A DNA stretch of 46,509 nt, filler included, from Sphacelaria rigidula (taxonomy: Eukaryota): NCBI GenBank assembly GCA_964200075.2. It is 2 parts of 2 records of this genome, joined end to end, with 100 filler letters (N's around TTAATTAATTAA, not from the genome) between each part and the next. Parts side by side here need not be neighbours in the genome. Positions count along the whole stretch, not along the records: positions 1 to 23,209 come from CAXNAA020000277.1; positions 23,310 to 46,509 come from CAXNAA020000278.1. One strand, written 5' to 3'. Position 1 is the first letter of the stretch. Each line of letters starts with the position of its first letter. Both the position numbers and the translations under genes were made by a program. The notes under the pieces are model-generated. The model worked only from the letters and a program-made list of their open reading frames with translations. It was not told where the DNA came from and searched no databases. This document shows, one piece after another, positions 13,201 to 23,836 of the stretch.

Positions 13201-16200
13201 TCGGTGAAGTTGCACAATCTGTGACGTTTTTTAGAAACGGTCCGCTGCACCCCTCTCCCGATAAAAATATGAGGCAAACATCGCAGAAGGAAGGTAGAGT
13301 GCTGAACCAAAATGGATGATGAAAATTCCTTTGTCCTATTTTTCCTCTCGTGCGACCCGGGCTGATAAGCCCTCATACACCGAAAGTTATTGGCTGGCGT
13401 CCAAAATAGATGGGATGACAATACATACACCCACGCGGTCACTATTCCTCCGATACAGAACGGGGCCCGAGAGAAGCGGAGTGACCAACCTGACCCATCA
13501 CGGATATCAAGTGGTGTCTTTGTTCCCATACGGATAAACTACTTCGTCGAGCCGTTTTTCATTTTGGTGACGACAATTCAAGCGTAAGTAATTTGTGCAC
13601 AAATAATGTGCGTGTCACCCGGCTCGTGGTCTATGCTGTCTGCCTGATCCCTTGTGTGTGTACGCACTGTAGTGTTGTCGTGGAACACTGAGTAAAGACT
13701 TGAGCAGCATGCGACATACTGTGATCATTGGAGAGATCGCACAGACACTGTTTTTCTCCGTGGTAACCAGCGAAGACATCCAGCACACATACTGACACTG
13801 CACGCAATTGACTGCAGGATCGGAACTGGCCCGGGGCTGTCCGGGACTATTTTCTACATAGATGCCCAATGTTTTCATGTTCATGACCAGCGTTTTCTGT
13901 AGCGAAACACGAGCTGCTCTGAAACCCAAATGTGGCATGGTCCATCCGAGTCCATCCAGGGGGGGGTCGCGGTCTTGGGGTTAGACCACGGTGCGGGTAG
14001 TCCGTCTGGATCACGCATTCTTTTTTGAAGTGAAAAATTGATGCCGATTCAGCGGGTGACCTACCCTCGCGGCCACAGGGTTGAGCTGCTTCTCGATACC
14101 GTCAATTGGTCGTGAGGGGGGTAGTCCCCTTTCGGAAGGGTATGTTCGAAAAGGGGATAATCGCCTTCGATGAGAACCCGCCTTATGTTGATGTACACAA
14201 GTATATCGATACTTCCGAGTGTGTTTGAAGGTTTACGAAACAAAGTCCACGTCGGGCATGAGGCCCAGAGGGAGCTACCACATTGAGTGTCCTAAAGGGT
14301 CATTTTGGTCACAGCCTACAGATCGCCCATCGCACAGCCTAGCCTCCACCCTTAGACCGCGATGGGGATACAGGCTGGGCCAGCTGACGGTGACTTTTGA
14401 ATGTATTTTGGTGATGCAGTGGGTGATTCGAAGAGTCGGGCGATGAAATTCGACAAAACATTTTTATCACTACGGTACCCGAAACATTTCTGGGGATGCC
14501 AGGAAAAGGAAAAAAAAAAACAGGAAGTTGGAGCGAATTGAAGTTTCTGCAAAACTAGAAAAATGCTAAAACTCCGCGAAAATAGGGAGAAATACGGATG
14601 CATCCCCAGGAATTTTGTGCGTAGTAATGATAAAAATGTTGTGTCAAAATGTCAGCGCCCAAGACCGACTCTAATGGGGGCCGTTCAAAATTCCAGTCGA
14701 AACCTGCTTTTTTGGCCCTTCTCCGTCGTTTCACGCCTGAAAAGAGAGCCAGGCGACAATTGACGCCTTGGAATAAACTGATCTACTCATTGAGGCCATT
14801 CCAGGGCAACTTTGCATTCCCCGCTGGCCGCACTTTCACTTTTGGCCGAACACGGATTTCCAACAAAAAACGGTCAAGCGATAAAAAAACGGGGAAATTT
14901 TGATCACCTGACCGTTTGTTGATGAAAATCGTGTTTGGCCTGATTTGGTCAAGAACAAAAGTGTGGCCAGCGGGAAATGCAGAGTTGCCCTAGAACGGTC
15001 TCAACGAGTAGAGCAATTAATTCCCAGGCGTCAACATCCGCCTAGGCCTCTTTTCAAGCGTAAATCGACGGAGAAGGGCCCAAAAGCCAGTTTTCGACTG
15101 GAATTTTGAATGGCTCCCATTAGAGTTGGCCTGACTCTTGGAATTACCCACACGACTCAATTTTTCGTGTGGCACCCGGTGGTCAAACTAGCAGAACCGC
15201 CTATTTTTTCAGAGGTAACGAGTTCGTATCCCATCACGACCATTTTGTTTCAGCGTTTAATCTGGCATAGCGCCTTGCATCTGGGGTATACTCGTATCAG
15301 TGTGATTTTGCCTGCGCATGTCAAGTCGAAGCGTGCCTGCGCGGCGCAATTCCCTACCATAACTCCACCGCATTTCGTGAAACGAAACGTCATTAGACAC
15401 GCTATCACGCAACGACACGAGACCTTCCCGGTACTCAATGCGTGACAAAAATATCATCGCCAAAACTTTGCCAATCGACCACCGGCGGTGCCGTGCATTC
15501 CCAGGTTGGTCTGCAGTCCACAGCGATCTGCTCGAGTCGAGCTGATGTGGTGAACTTGACGAGTTATGGTTGAAGATGCAAATGCGCGATGTACTGTTGG
15601 CCCGGCTCGTAGTCCATCTGGATCACGCTAACTGTTTCAAGTGATCTACCCTCGTCATGAGACCCCAAGTGGTCCACCACCACTTCTATGAGAACTAATC
15701 CCTTGAGCTTCTGTACTGTTCATCACACCAACCCTGACCCCACACCTACCCTAACCTAAACGAAATGAAACGCTTGTCCTGAAACCTCGGTCAAAAAGGA
15801 CCCACACTGAAGAACAGCCACAGTGCCTGGAAAAGCGTTACTGGGGGCAACAGGAGTCGGGTGCCACGTAGTTAAACTTCGTCCCTTGAAAATAATCTGG
15901 ACCCGTTCGGGTGGACTAGACTGTCTCTGCCGTATGTGACCAATGCAAGCATTAATCACTTTCTTATGAAGCCCGAACACTAGAGGCGTTTTTGTCCGCT
16001 TGTTCATCAGTTCCTGAGGGCGTGTCTTGGCGCTTTTTTTTCGATCGAAAAAATGGGGCGGTAGAATCGATTTGAGTTATTCTTCCTCGTCTTGGTGTAG
16101 TTAGGTCCAGATCAATGTTCAAGCTTTCGATCGAAAAAAGACGGTGAAATTCGTGAAACGGTACATGGTCACTCGTGTACAGCACAGTCTGTACTGTCGC

Positions 16201-19200
16201 GTGCCAGCAGTATCTTGGAGAGCGCGTGTGTGTGTTTCGTACACGAGGATTCAACATCGTGCAGGGTAGACAGCCGAGGACAGTCAGTTCTCTCTGCTTA
16301 CAACGTGACGTGAAAAGGACTTCAGCAACGTGCAGCTTTGTGTTGTCTGCGCTGGTGTCCATGAGCGTGCACGCAACTCGACTGCCCATCGTATCACGCA
16401 GTCCTGTCGCTGATCTCCATCACGAGAGAAGATGTGCAAGTTTTCGCCAACAAAAAATAGACAAAGTACGCCCAACTACTGCAGTTTATCTATTCCTGGG
16501 CTTAACTCGTGCTCTATACTGCAGGGCTGCGGTGGTAGCTGAGAATAAGTTTGATGGAGTTTTGTTATGGTCCTGTGACACGTGTTTACTGGCGGGGTGG
16601 TCTGTAATATAGGAGTCACTTGCCGTCTCGTGCCTTTCGACTGCATGTTTTCGATCGAAAATGATTATTTTTGTCTGAAATATTTTTTATCCACGCGCCG
16701 CTAATTATACTTTTTAGTTGAAGCCTTCTCGAAACATGAGTGCGGCGGACTTATCAGATCGGCAAAAAAGAATCGACCGCACTTCTTCGAGAGAAGGAAA
16801 AAATGCCAAGACACGCCCTGATACCGTACCTATTGTCAAGCAGTGGCACACTATTTCTATACCGTGGAATACTTCGCATGCAGAACACCCATAGCGCGCG
16901 CTTCTGTCTGCAGTGGGTGGGTAGCCATGACACACAAACTGCTGTCGGTACTTTTAGCCGTTGACGGCGTGGGATATCTCTGATTTGGTGGGTAGCCATG
17001 ACCCACAGACTGTGCTGTCGGTACTTTTAGCCGTTGACGGCTTGGCATATCTCTGATTTGGAACCCTCCCCCTCCTCCCGTTACCATTTTTTGGCATTTC
17101 AAGAAGCTGGTGATATTTTGTTCAAAAACCACGATGAAAGCAGCATGCCGCAGGAGTTTCTCAACGCGCACCAAACAAGTTATAGTGCTTATTTTGAATT
17201 AAGAAATGAAGCTCTTCTTCAGTCGTTGAGTTTGAAGGCGACAACCTGCACACGTATACTCTAATCCACCTAAGAAAATAACAAATAAGTGCCACTACAC
17301 TCATGATACATGACACAGCAGCAGGGCGTTGTAGCCTCTGGACACAGGGCATGGCGGCCTTTTGCCTCTCGCGCGGCAAGCTACAAGTTACAAGCTACAG
17401 GCTGGTTCACGCACATCACCCAAAAAATACTCATCGGCAAAACTTCACGCCGTTTTGAGGAGTTAGACCCTGAAAATTTGCACGAATGTTCTATGGGTCA
17501 TTACGCAAATCTGCAGGAACGTTTTTTTTTTTTAACTTTTCCCACCGTTTTTAGGGGGTCCCAGTTTTGGGGGGGGAAACCTCGACCCAATCGGACCCTC
17601 GTAAACCGGTGACAAAAACAAAAATCTCAGGGTATAACTCCTTGAAACGGCGTGAAGTTTTTGGCCTTTGTGCGATGAAGTCTGCCATCCTGACACGACG
17701 GCCTGCTGCTGACCGCGGCGTATAGAGTAACTGTGATGCGGGGTGTATGGGGGGGCGCAGAAAAAAATGGGGTTCCCTCGAAAGAAGAAATCATCATCCG
17801 CAAGGGAAGGGGGGGGGGGCAAGGGTCAACTGTACAAGTGTCCGTTGGATATATATCACGGTCTCCTGCAGTCGGGGCTGGGGTGATGTAGGGGTGCAAT
17901 ACCAGTGAGACCAATGATATCAAGTTGGCGTTAGCAGCAAAATATCGCGTCTGTGTGCAGTGAGCATGTAAGTAGTGCCAGCTATCGCTCTGCAGTTGTA
18001 TCTTCACTCGTGGAGCAGTATATTCCAGGGCACCTCTATCCATGCGTCACTCCGTGTTGAAAGTTTTGTCAGATATATCGTGGCAAGGTTGCTGAAGTAT
18101 GGAATGCTGATGGTTATTCATCCCTAGTCGCGTATCGCAACACGGTGAAATGACCCAGCAACCGACGTGAAACAACCGCAGGCTATACGAGCTATCGACG
18201 CGGCGCTCAAGCTCTTGCCGGAGCATGTGGCGGAATCAACGGGCATCAAGAGACATAGGGATAACTACCAGGCTAGGGTAGACAAGCTGAAGTGAGTACC
18301 GTGAATGCTGTGCTGAGTGATCACGATTTCTCTTTTCATCGATGGGCTTGAATTAAATATCTCGGCCACCGGTCTTTCCACTGCAACTGATCGTTGCGCA
18401 AACGACGTATGCGTGCCTGGTAACATTGCTGATTCACGCATACGTCATCTGCACAACGGCCAATGCGATCAATATGGTAACTTTCGGGGCAGAGCCCGCT
18501 GTTGAAGGTTAGCATGACGGCATGCGGTCGATGGTGGAGCGTGGCGGTAGCTTGTGCTCCTTCATGGTCTAGATGGGGGCAGACATGTATTGACACATAA
18601 GCCCGTTTCAGTTCTGTTTTCTTGGCTACGACGATCATGTGACCACTGCTGGATCCCTGGGGGGTCAGTTGAAGTGCGATATTCAATCAATCAAGGTCCA
18701 CAGCAAGGCTGGGATTTGCCAGTTGGGGGGCGAAGGACGAGAAGATTTTGCTCTCGTGTCCGTCTGATGCGATATTGCCTTTTGCCGTTTCGGATGCTTT
18801 TGTTACACATAATTCGGAACGGTATTTTCGAGGTTGATACTATTTGGTGGATGCATCGTGTTCGTTGTTTCATATTCGACATCATGTTTCGATATTTTCA
18901 TATGCTCGATCTCAAGCCGACAAGATAGTTGTCACCCCCCAGCACTGGGTAAGACTGAATGAATGTATCTGATTACCGAACGCGAACAAGATTTTCCGTG
19001 AGTTCGTCCATGAGGCTGCCTGCTTATGGATCTATTCGATGAAATATAACTCAATCGCCCCTCCGTCGCTGTTGGTTGCTTGTCTCTTTTGTCCGTCAGC
19101 CTTGTGGTGACGAGGGACAACCAGCAGAGAGACCGACGAGCGAAACAACAGTCCAGAGTCAAGTTCTCCAAGGTTAGTTCATGTCTACTATTTTGCGAGT

Positions 19201-22200
19201 CTGCCGTGGTACACGTAATGATGGTGTGTTGAACATACGCCCTCGAACGTTCTGCGCTCCCCGGTTGTGCTTCTAACACTGTAGGCAAATAAGCAGAAAT
19301 GTTGACCACTGCGTGTGTTGGTGTGCATCCGAAAGTTTGGGATGGACAAAGCTAGAAATTGTGGCCATCGCTATTGAATTTCACCGCAAGAGTTAGTCTC
19401 GTCTTGACCCTCAAGGGTGCGCATACTTTTTTGAACCGCGTGTAAGAAGCTGGGTTAGCGTGCAATCGCATCAGTCACATGGACCACCTTTCGAAAGTGA
19501 AGTGCTAGATATTGGTCGCTCACCACTTGGTCTGATATCCCTCTGCCGAGGTGATTGGGCTTGAGCTGTGTCACGTATATATTTTTGTAAGATTCAATCT
19601 GTCTTTATACAAATCTGAGGATTTTAGCCCGTCTACAGGCAATTTTCTCCAGTAGATTGATTTCTCAGACCCTACTCCGTTGGCCTTTTTTTTTTTGGCT
19701 AGCTGTGAGAAAACCACATCAATTCTCCGATTTAGGTACCCCAAATAATGAGAGATGCGGAGGTGTGTCCCGATTTGAGCAGAAAGGTAACCTATCAAAA
19801 GTCGACGTCCAGATAATGGGAGAATTGAGTCTGATTTGCTCAGAGCTAGCCGAAAAGCATTGCCCCACGGACTGGGGTCCAAAATATGGATCAATACAAG
19901 GAAACTGCCTGTAGACGGGCTGAAATGCTAAAATTATAAATACAGGTTGGTTCCCATAGAACAGGGTCTCAGCACACAATTTCCTCATCGAGTAAGTGTG
20001 GCGGAAGAGGAAAATTCTGATTTAATGACTTGAGTCAACGTAAATAACGTGGACATGAATTATGACCTAGAAGCCCACGCATCACAACCCGTTAACGTTA
20101 CCCATCGCAGTTCCATTCGATTGTTATTTCGTTCTTATCAAAATTAATTATTTCATCAAGACGGGGCCTTGGCACCAGTCCGAATAGTTGGAGCGATTCC
20201 ACTTGAAAAAAGACGCAGGCAGCGGCGTCCTTATTTGTTGCTTGCCTTTGTCGTTTGACCACTGACCACGCATCCCTCGCGAGACACATCATCTTTACTA
20301 CCTCTAACAGAGACACCCCCAACATTTGAGCGCTCATTACAACGGTCAAGGGGGGAGGGGGGGACACTACCCTTAGTACCATATCTCGTAGGCACGCGCC
20401 GCTACCCCAAACTCCAGCCACAGCAACCATGTCAGCGGCACAACCGATTCTTCAACGGCACATCTCAAGAGAAAAGAGTCACATAGTTCCTCCGCAAAAC
20501 GCCAGCTAGCTGGACGGCGCCGAGCGGACAGACTCGAAAGGGCATTTCCGAAATAACATGCCGCTTTTGGTCGTTTAGTTGGGTCAACGACAAATATGCC
20601 GATGAAAAATCGATTCTGCCGCTGACACTCACCCAACTCGAGGGCCAAACGCGACGTGTTACAGTATTTCGGGAAAGCACTCCCGAGTCTGTCCGCTCGG
20701 CGCCGTCCAGCTAGCCGGCGTTTTGCGGAGGAACTATGTGGCTCTTTTGTCCTCTGGCTTCGGGACTCTTTCAACGGACGAAATGAACGGCTCTGTCGTT
20801 CAAATGACGTCGCAACATAGCGCAAAGATGCTCTTCCCAGGAAGAGCTCAGGTTGTACATGTGTACCCTCTTGTCAGTGTCATTACAACCCTGCATCATG
20901 GAACGCAGCACTAGACTACGCTAGAGGCTCAAGGGCACAACACCGCGGGCGACCCGAAAGGTCAAAGATTCAAATGGCTGACCAAGTCAACAGTATTGTC
21001 AAGGTAGCTAGTCGCTTACATTGCACACGAGTCGTGCGCACACGTTGTCGGTCCACCTGTGTGTATGTGTGTATACAAGCACATACCAAAACAGAGAGGT
21101 AACGGCTTGATTCGATGATACAAGACGATGTACTCATGATCTTGCATGGCGTGGTCATTAGGGCGTGTCTCACTACTTTTTTTTTCGATCCAAAAACGAG
21201 CGGTGGACTTGAGTCGAGGGAGATTTTCTCGTTTTGATCCAGTTGGGTCCGGATGGATGAGCAGAAAAAAGTTCGATCGCATTTTCGATCAAAGAAAAAA
21301 TTGCGAAGGCACGCCCTAAGACCATTGACCTCGCGTCCCCTCAAAGCCTGCACGGAGCAGGCCGGGTTTTCGTCGGACGGGGGATTCGAGACGATGGGAA
21401 GGACGAGATCCGGCTCGTTCGGAGGCCGCTCGCCGATCTATTGATTTATTGATTAATTGTTGAACACTACTGTAACTAAACATAGAGGGGTCCAACTGCG
21501 GCCATTATTCACAAGATGCATGTGCCCAAGGTGAACAACGACGGAAGCCCTCGCCAAGAAAAGAGAAAATTTGGCGGAACAAATCGGGGTAAGCGGAAGA
21601 ACAAAGGAGATCAAAAACCACGCAGAGGAAGGGAGGAAAAGGAACGAAAATAGTTGAGTACAGTAGCAAAATATTACGGAAAGTAATTTTGATCACCAGG
21701 AGTTGGAGACGTGGTGCGTGGGCCCATTATAGCATTCTCATCAATACTATTGGCGCGCTGCTTCTGTACTTATGTTTTCACCTCTTTTGTTTTTCTGCCT
21801 TCCAGCTTGAGCTCGACCCGAATCACATCACCGAACCGGAGCCGTCAAATCCTGTCCGGAGATCCTACTGGGTGTTGCGGCTTGTCAGGAGCACCATCTT
21901 GCATGGGGGCTATTTGACCCCGAAACTCTTCGCGCCCAAGGATGTCTGGACGCAGGTGTGGTTCGGTCAAACACGGGAGAATTTGCCCTTGTCGTCTTCG
22001 TCGTCGTCGTTGCTGCTGTCGAGGTTATAGCTGTAGCAGCATCGGTCGCCGTGCAGCTGCGCCTCTCGCGACCCATGAGGGTGCCAACGGTGGTTCGCGG
22101 GAGTGTACCAGAATGCATTGTTTGCGCTTGAAACAGCAGCATGAAGGTTTTAGAAGAGGAGAACGGAGAATATTTGTTATTGCTTTTCGTCATGATTGTT

Positions 22201-22914
22201 GTTGTGCGCGCTGCATGTCTGCGTAGTTTTTTTGTGCAGGGTATGCGATTGACTCAACACGTGGAATGATGATGTATATAATGCAGGTGGGGTTGAAGGT
22301 ATCGGGTTTTTCTTCTCGAATTGCAGCCCTGGAGACCATCCTGTACATGATCATCGATCGCATCAGAGGGCTGCCAAAACCCGCAGATAAAGACGACAGG
22401 AAAGCGGCAGGGCAGGTATGCTACAAGAAAACGAACAAAATCCGACCCCAATCCGCGTTCCGCCAACTACAGTAGTGACATTCGCGCTTCCCATGCAGTC
22501 AGAATCTCGAGGTTGAGCTTTTGAAATCACGGAGGGTACGGTACCCCCGACTTGGACGTGACACGTGCCCCCGAATGGTCATGCTTGGGATGCTCTTCTC
22601 TAGCTTGACGTTAGTGCCCCGTCCAGTACGCGGAAACTGTGCTGCTCGCTTTCCTGGAGGTCATGAATCAATGGATCACGTCTCGACTATTGGCTGAAAG
22701 TACATCCGTTGCCCTCTTGTGCGCTCCTTCTGCCTTTGTTTGGCTCGTTTTCTTGTGTAAAATTTCTCGTAACTTTTTTTTTTGGAAAATATATATGTTG
22801 ACGCGATGGAAAAGGTCATGAGAGAATTTCGGGCAAGCGCGCACAAGCTCCAGACAGATCTGTCGCGGCACTTTCCTTTCGTCGTGCCGGTCGACCCGCT
22901 CAGCTTGGCGAAGG
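3922..22914 (+). CDS. MIT-domain-containing protein, multi-exon, 3' incomplete: join(3922..4214,10981..11125,18182..18291,19100..19172,21806..21955,22287..22415,22815..22914)
   Basis: All seven exons have GT/AG borders and join in frame (phases 2,0,2,0,0,0). The spliced product contains a MIT-like three-helix pattern (SALDLAKAAVSHDEQG..PYYRK|AIRAIDAALKLL..IKRHRDNYQARVDKL), then EPEPSNPVRRSYWVLRLVRSTILHGGYLTPKLFAPKDVWTQ|VGLKVSG. The next exon was not found before the assembly gap. Confidence 0.8.
5255..5369. mobile_element. Decayed piggyBac-type MITE copy
   Basis: AACCCTT...GGGTAGTTGATCTGGATTACGCAT...GCTGATTCAG...CCTCGCGGTGAATGGGCTAA. Confidence 0.65.
6195..6590 (-). mobile_element. tRNA-derived SINE
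   Basis: Head GGTCGCGCTGGTGGCTCAGTTGGTAACC...GGTTCAAATC (Pol III A and B boxes); tail GCGTCCAGAATAGATGG plus (AC)n. Confidence 0.8.
6213..6310. mobile_element. piggyBac-type MITE in a SINE tail
   Basis: TTAA|CCCTTAGACTGC...CGCGGTCCAAGGG, core reversed, right TTAA missing. Confidence 0.85.
7005..7357 (+). mobile_element. tRNA-derived SINE
   Basis: GGTCATCCCGGTGGCTCAGTCGG head; body collinear with 25921-26280; tail GACGTCCAAAATAAAGG...ACACAC. Confidence 0.85.
7718..8034. mobile_element. Tandem array of three ~97-bp piggyBac-type MITEs
   Basis: CCCT...AGGG termini separated by TTAA or CTAA; shared core GAATCGGCATCAATTTCA.GTGAAAAAAGTATGCATGATCCAG. Confidence 0.88.
9346..9420. mobile_element. 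Truncated piggyBac-type MITE copy
   Basis: CCCGCGAGGGTAGTCCACCTGGATCATGCATACTTTTTTCGAGTGAAATTGA. Confidence 0.7.
10981..11125 (+). CDS. MIT protein exon 2 (MIT domain, first part)
   Basis: CGCAG| acceptor, AAG|GTTCGT donor; encodes LSSALDLAKAAVSHDEQGMLPEKVLPYYRK. Confidence 0.85.
11508..11716. repeat. Foldback palindrome
   Basis: TTGTTTTGGACTCGAAAACGTGCGGT versus ACCGTGCGTTTTCGAGTCAAAAACAA. Confidence 0.7.
12344..12446. mobile_element. Decayed piggyBac-type MITE copy
   Basis: GACCACGAGGGTAGG...GAATCGGCATCAAT...AAAAGTATGC...GATGGACTACCC. Confidence 0.7.
12638..12842. mobile_element. Two tandem piggyBac-type MITEs (perfect young copy 12642-12738 plus an older copy)
   Basis: TTAA|CCCTTAGACCGCGAGGTTAGTCTT (24-bp perfect TIR)...AAGACTAACCTCGCGGTCTAAGGG|TTAA, directly followed by CCCTT of the second copy. 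Confidence 0.92.
13158..13431 (+). mobile_element. Decayed tRNA-derived SINE
   Basis: Degenerate head GCCGATTGCCCAGGTTGCTC; body CGCAGAAGGAAGGT; tail GGCGTCCAAAATAGATGG. Confidence 0.7.
13977..14084. mobile_element. Decayed piggyBac-type MITE copy
   Basis: GGGTAGTCCGTCTGGATCACGCAT...TTGATGCCGATTC...CCTACCCTCGCGGCCACAGGGTTGA. Confidence 0.7.
14371..15609. mobile_element. TA-flanked TIR element (same family), inserted into a piggyBac-type MITE
   Basis: TA|CAGGCTGGGCCAGC ... GTTGGCCCGGCTCG|TA. Both ends are homologous to 25790-26753 in inverted orientation. It splits a MITE into 14347-14370 and 15610-15655. Confidence 0.8.
14659..15141. repeat. Long imperfect palindrome (arms >200 bp) inside a TIR element
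   Basis: CTCTAATGGGGGCCGTTCAAAATTCCAGTCGAAA... pairs with ...TTTCGACTGGAATTTTGAATGGCTCCCATTAGAG. Confidence 0.9.
16916..17060. repeat. Tandem duplication, ~71-73 bp x2
   Basis: GGTGGGTAGCCATGAC...GCTGTCGGTACTTTTAGCCGTTGACGGC...ATATCTCTGATTT occurs twice. Confidence 0.9.
17396..17706. repeat. Foldback/MITE-like element
   Basis: AAAACTTCACGCCGTTTTGAGGAGTTAGACCCTGA versus TCAGGGTATAACTCCTTGAAACGGCGTGAAGTTTT; starts with TACAGG. Confidence 0.7.
18182..18291 (+). CDS. MIT protein exon 3 (MIT domain, second part)
   Basis: CCGCAG| acceptor, AA|GTGAGT donor; encodes AIRAIDAALKLLPEHVAESTGIKRHRDNYQARVDKL. Not in the ORF track. Confidence 0.85.
19100..19172 (+). CDS. MIT protein exon 4
   Basis: Polypyrimidine tract plus CAG acceptor, AAG|GTTAGT donor. 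Phase 2 in and phase 0 out bridge exons 3 and 5 exactly. Confidence 0.75.
19621..19926. repeat. Foldback/MITE-like palindrome
   Basis: ATTTTAGCCCGTCTACAGGCAATTT versus AAACTGCCTGTAGACGGGCTGAAAT. Confidence 0.75.
20466..20757. repeat. Foldback palindrome, ~120-bp arms
   Basis: CACATAGTTCCTCCGCAAAACGCCAGCTAGCTGGACGGCGCCGAGCGGACAGACTCG is inverted almost perfectly at 20684-20740. Confidence 0.92.
21806..21955 (+). CDS. MIT protein exon 5
   Basis: TTCCAG| acceptor, CAG|GTGTG donor; LELDPNHITEPEPSNPVRRSYWVLRLVRSTILHGGYLTPKLFAPKDVWTQ. Confidence 0.85.
22287..22415 (+). CDS. MIT protein exon 6
   Basis: TGCAG| acceptor, CAG|GTATG donor; VGLKVSGFSSRIAALETILYMIIDRIRGLPKPADKDDRKAAGQ. Confidence 0.8.
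22815..22914 (+). CDS. MIT protein exon 7
   Basis: AAG| acceptor, G|GTGAGT donor; VMREFRASAHKLQTDLSRHFPFVVPVDPLSLAK in frame with exon 6. Confidence 0.7.
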
Positions 22915-23209
22915 GTGAGTAAAGCAAGGCATGCAGCGCTATCCTCCGTTGATTTTGTCTCCGTTGATACCTTTTTCAACCCTCTGCACGACCGCCTGGA
23001 GGTCTCACGTGTCCATTTTGCGAGCGGTCGAAATATTGAAGAAAAGGCGTTTGGTGTGTTGGGGACGATGTCAGTGTATTTCGGTCCTTGTCCTCCAGAT
23101 TCAGGCTCCACCGCAGTATCTACCTCACCAAAGATTTCTGGATGTCTGCGGCAGTCCCCCAATACCTGGTCCGGCGAGAACCCGGCGTGCTCCGTCCCGG
23201 CTTTGTAGG

Positions 23210-23309
23210 NNNNNNNNNNNNNNNNNNNNNNNNNNNNNNNNNNNNNNNNNNNNTTAATTAATTAANNNNNNNNNNNNNNNNNNNNNNNNNNNNNNNNNNN
23301 NNNNNNNNN
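23210..23309. other. Artificial contig-joining spacer N44-TTAATTAATTAA-N44
   Basis: Symmetric N runs around a 12-mer that gives stops in all six frames; 100 bp in total. Confidence 0.95.
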
Positions 23310-23379
23310 GGAATCGAACCCTCCTACTCAACCATCAGAAGGTTACGAGGTTACCACCTGAGCCACCGGGGCGACCGGC
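23310..23379 (-). mobile_element. SINE head truncated by the assembly gap
   Basis: GGTCGCCCCGGTGGCTCAGGTGGTAACCTCGTAACCTTCTGATGGTTGAGTAGAGGGTTCGATTC on the minus strand. Confidence 0.8.
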
Positions 23380-23836
23380 AGCCGGTAGGTGCGTCGAGAA
23401 AAGCGCTGTATAAAACGCTGGTAGAGGTTCTAGGGTTTGCAAATGCTGAACAGGAGTTCTCACGAAGACTGTAAAGAATCCTGTGCAGCACATCCTACAG
23501 GGTGCTATCTGTCCACGTGTGGAGTGGGGGGGTTGCCGCTCTTTTCTGCTCAGCATTGTACACACGTCATTCTCGTCCTCTCCAGAGTTACGCCCGATTC
23601 ACCGATTCCGCCGGGGTCATTTTCGTTTTTGAAAAGCAGGTACCAATCGACTCCTACGCACCCCCGCACCCGCCCCACTTGGATCAAGTACGGTCGGTCC
23701 TTAATCACTTGACTACAGTATACCACCCTCAAACTCGCACAACAATATGCAAGCGGAGGCGGGTGGCCCGCGGGGAGTATCGTGGCGAAGGCTACGTGCT
23801 GGTAGGCGGTATGTTGTACTCCATTAATATTCAGTA

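Noticed and set aside
16757..16916. Extra MIT-gene exon
   Set aside because: It would interrupt the MIT helix YYRK|AIRAID.
20373..20825. 150-aa ORF with internal symmetry
   Set aside because: By-product of the palindrome.
21320..21590. Alternative MIT exons before 21806
   Set aside because: Stops or phase mismatch; 19100-19172 fits exactly.
23254..23265. piggyBac TTAA footprint multimer
   Set aside because: Centred in symmetric N runs: synthetic linker.
23310..23379. Functional tRNA gene
   Set aside because: Multi-copy divergent heads attached to a common body, with imperfect cloverleafs: SINE heads.
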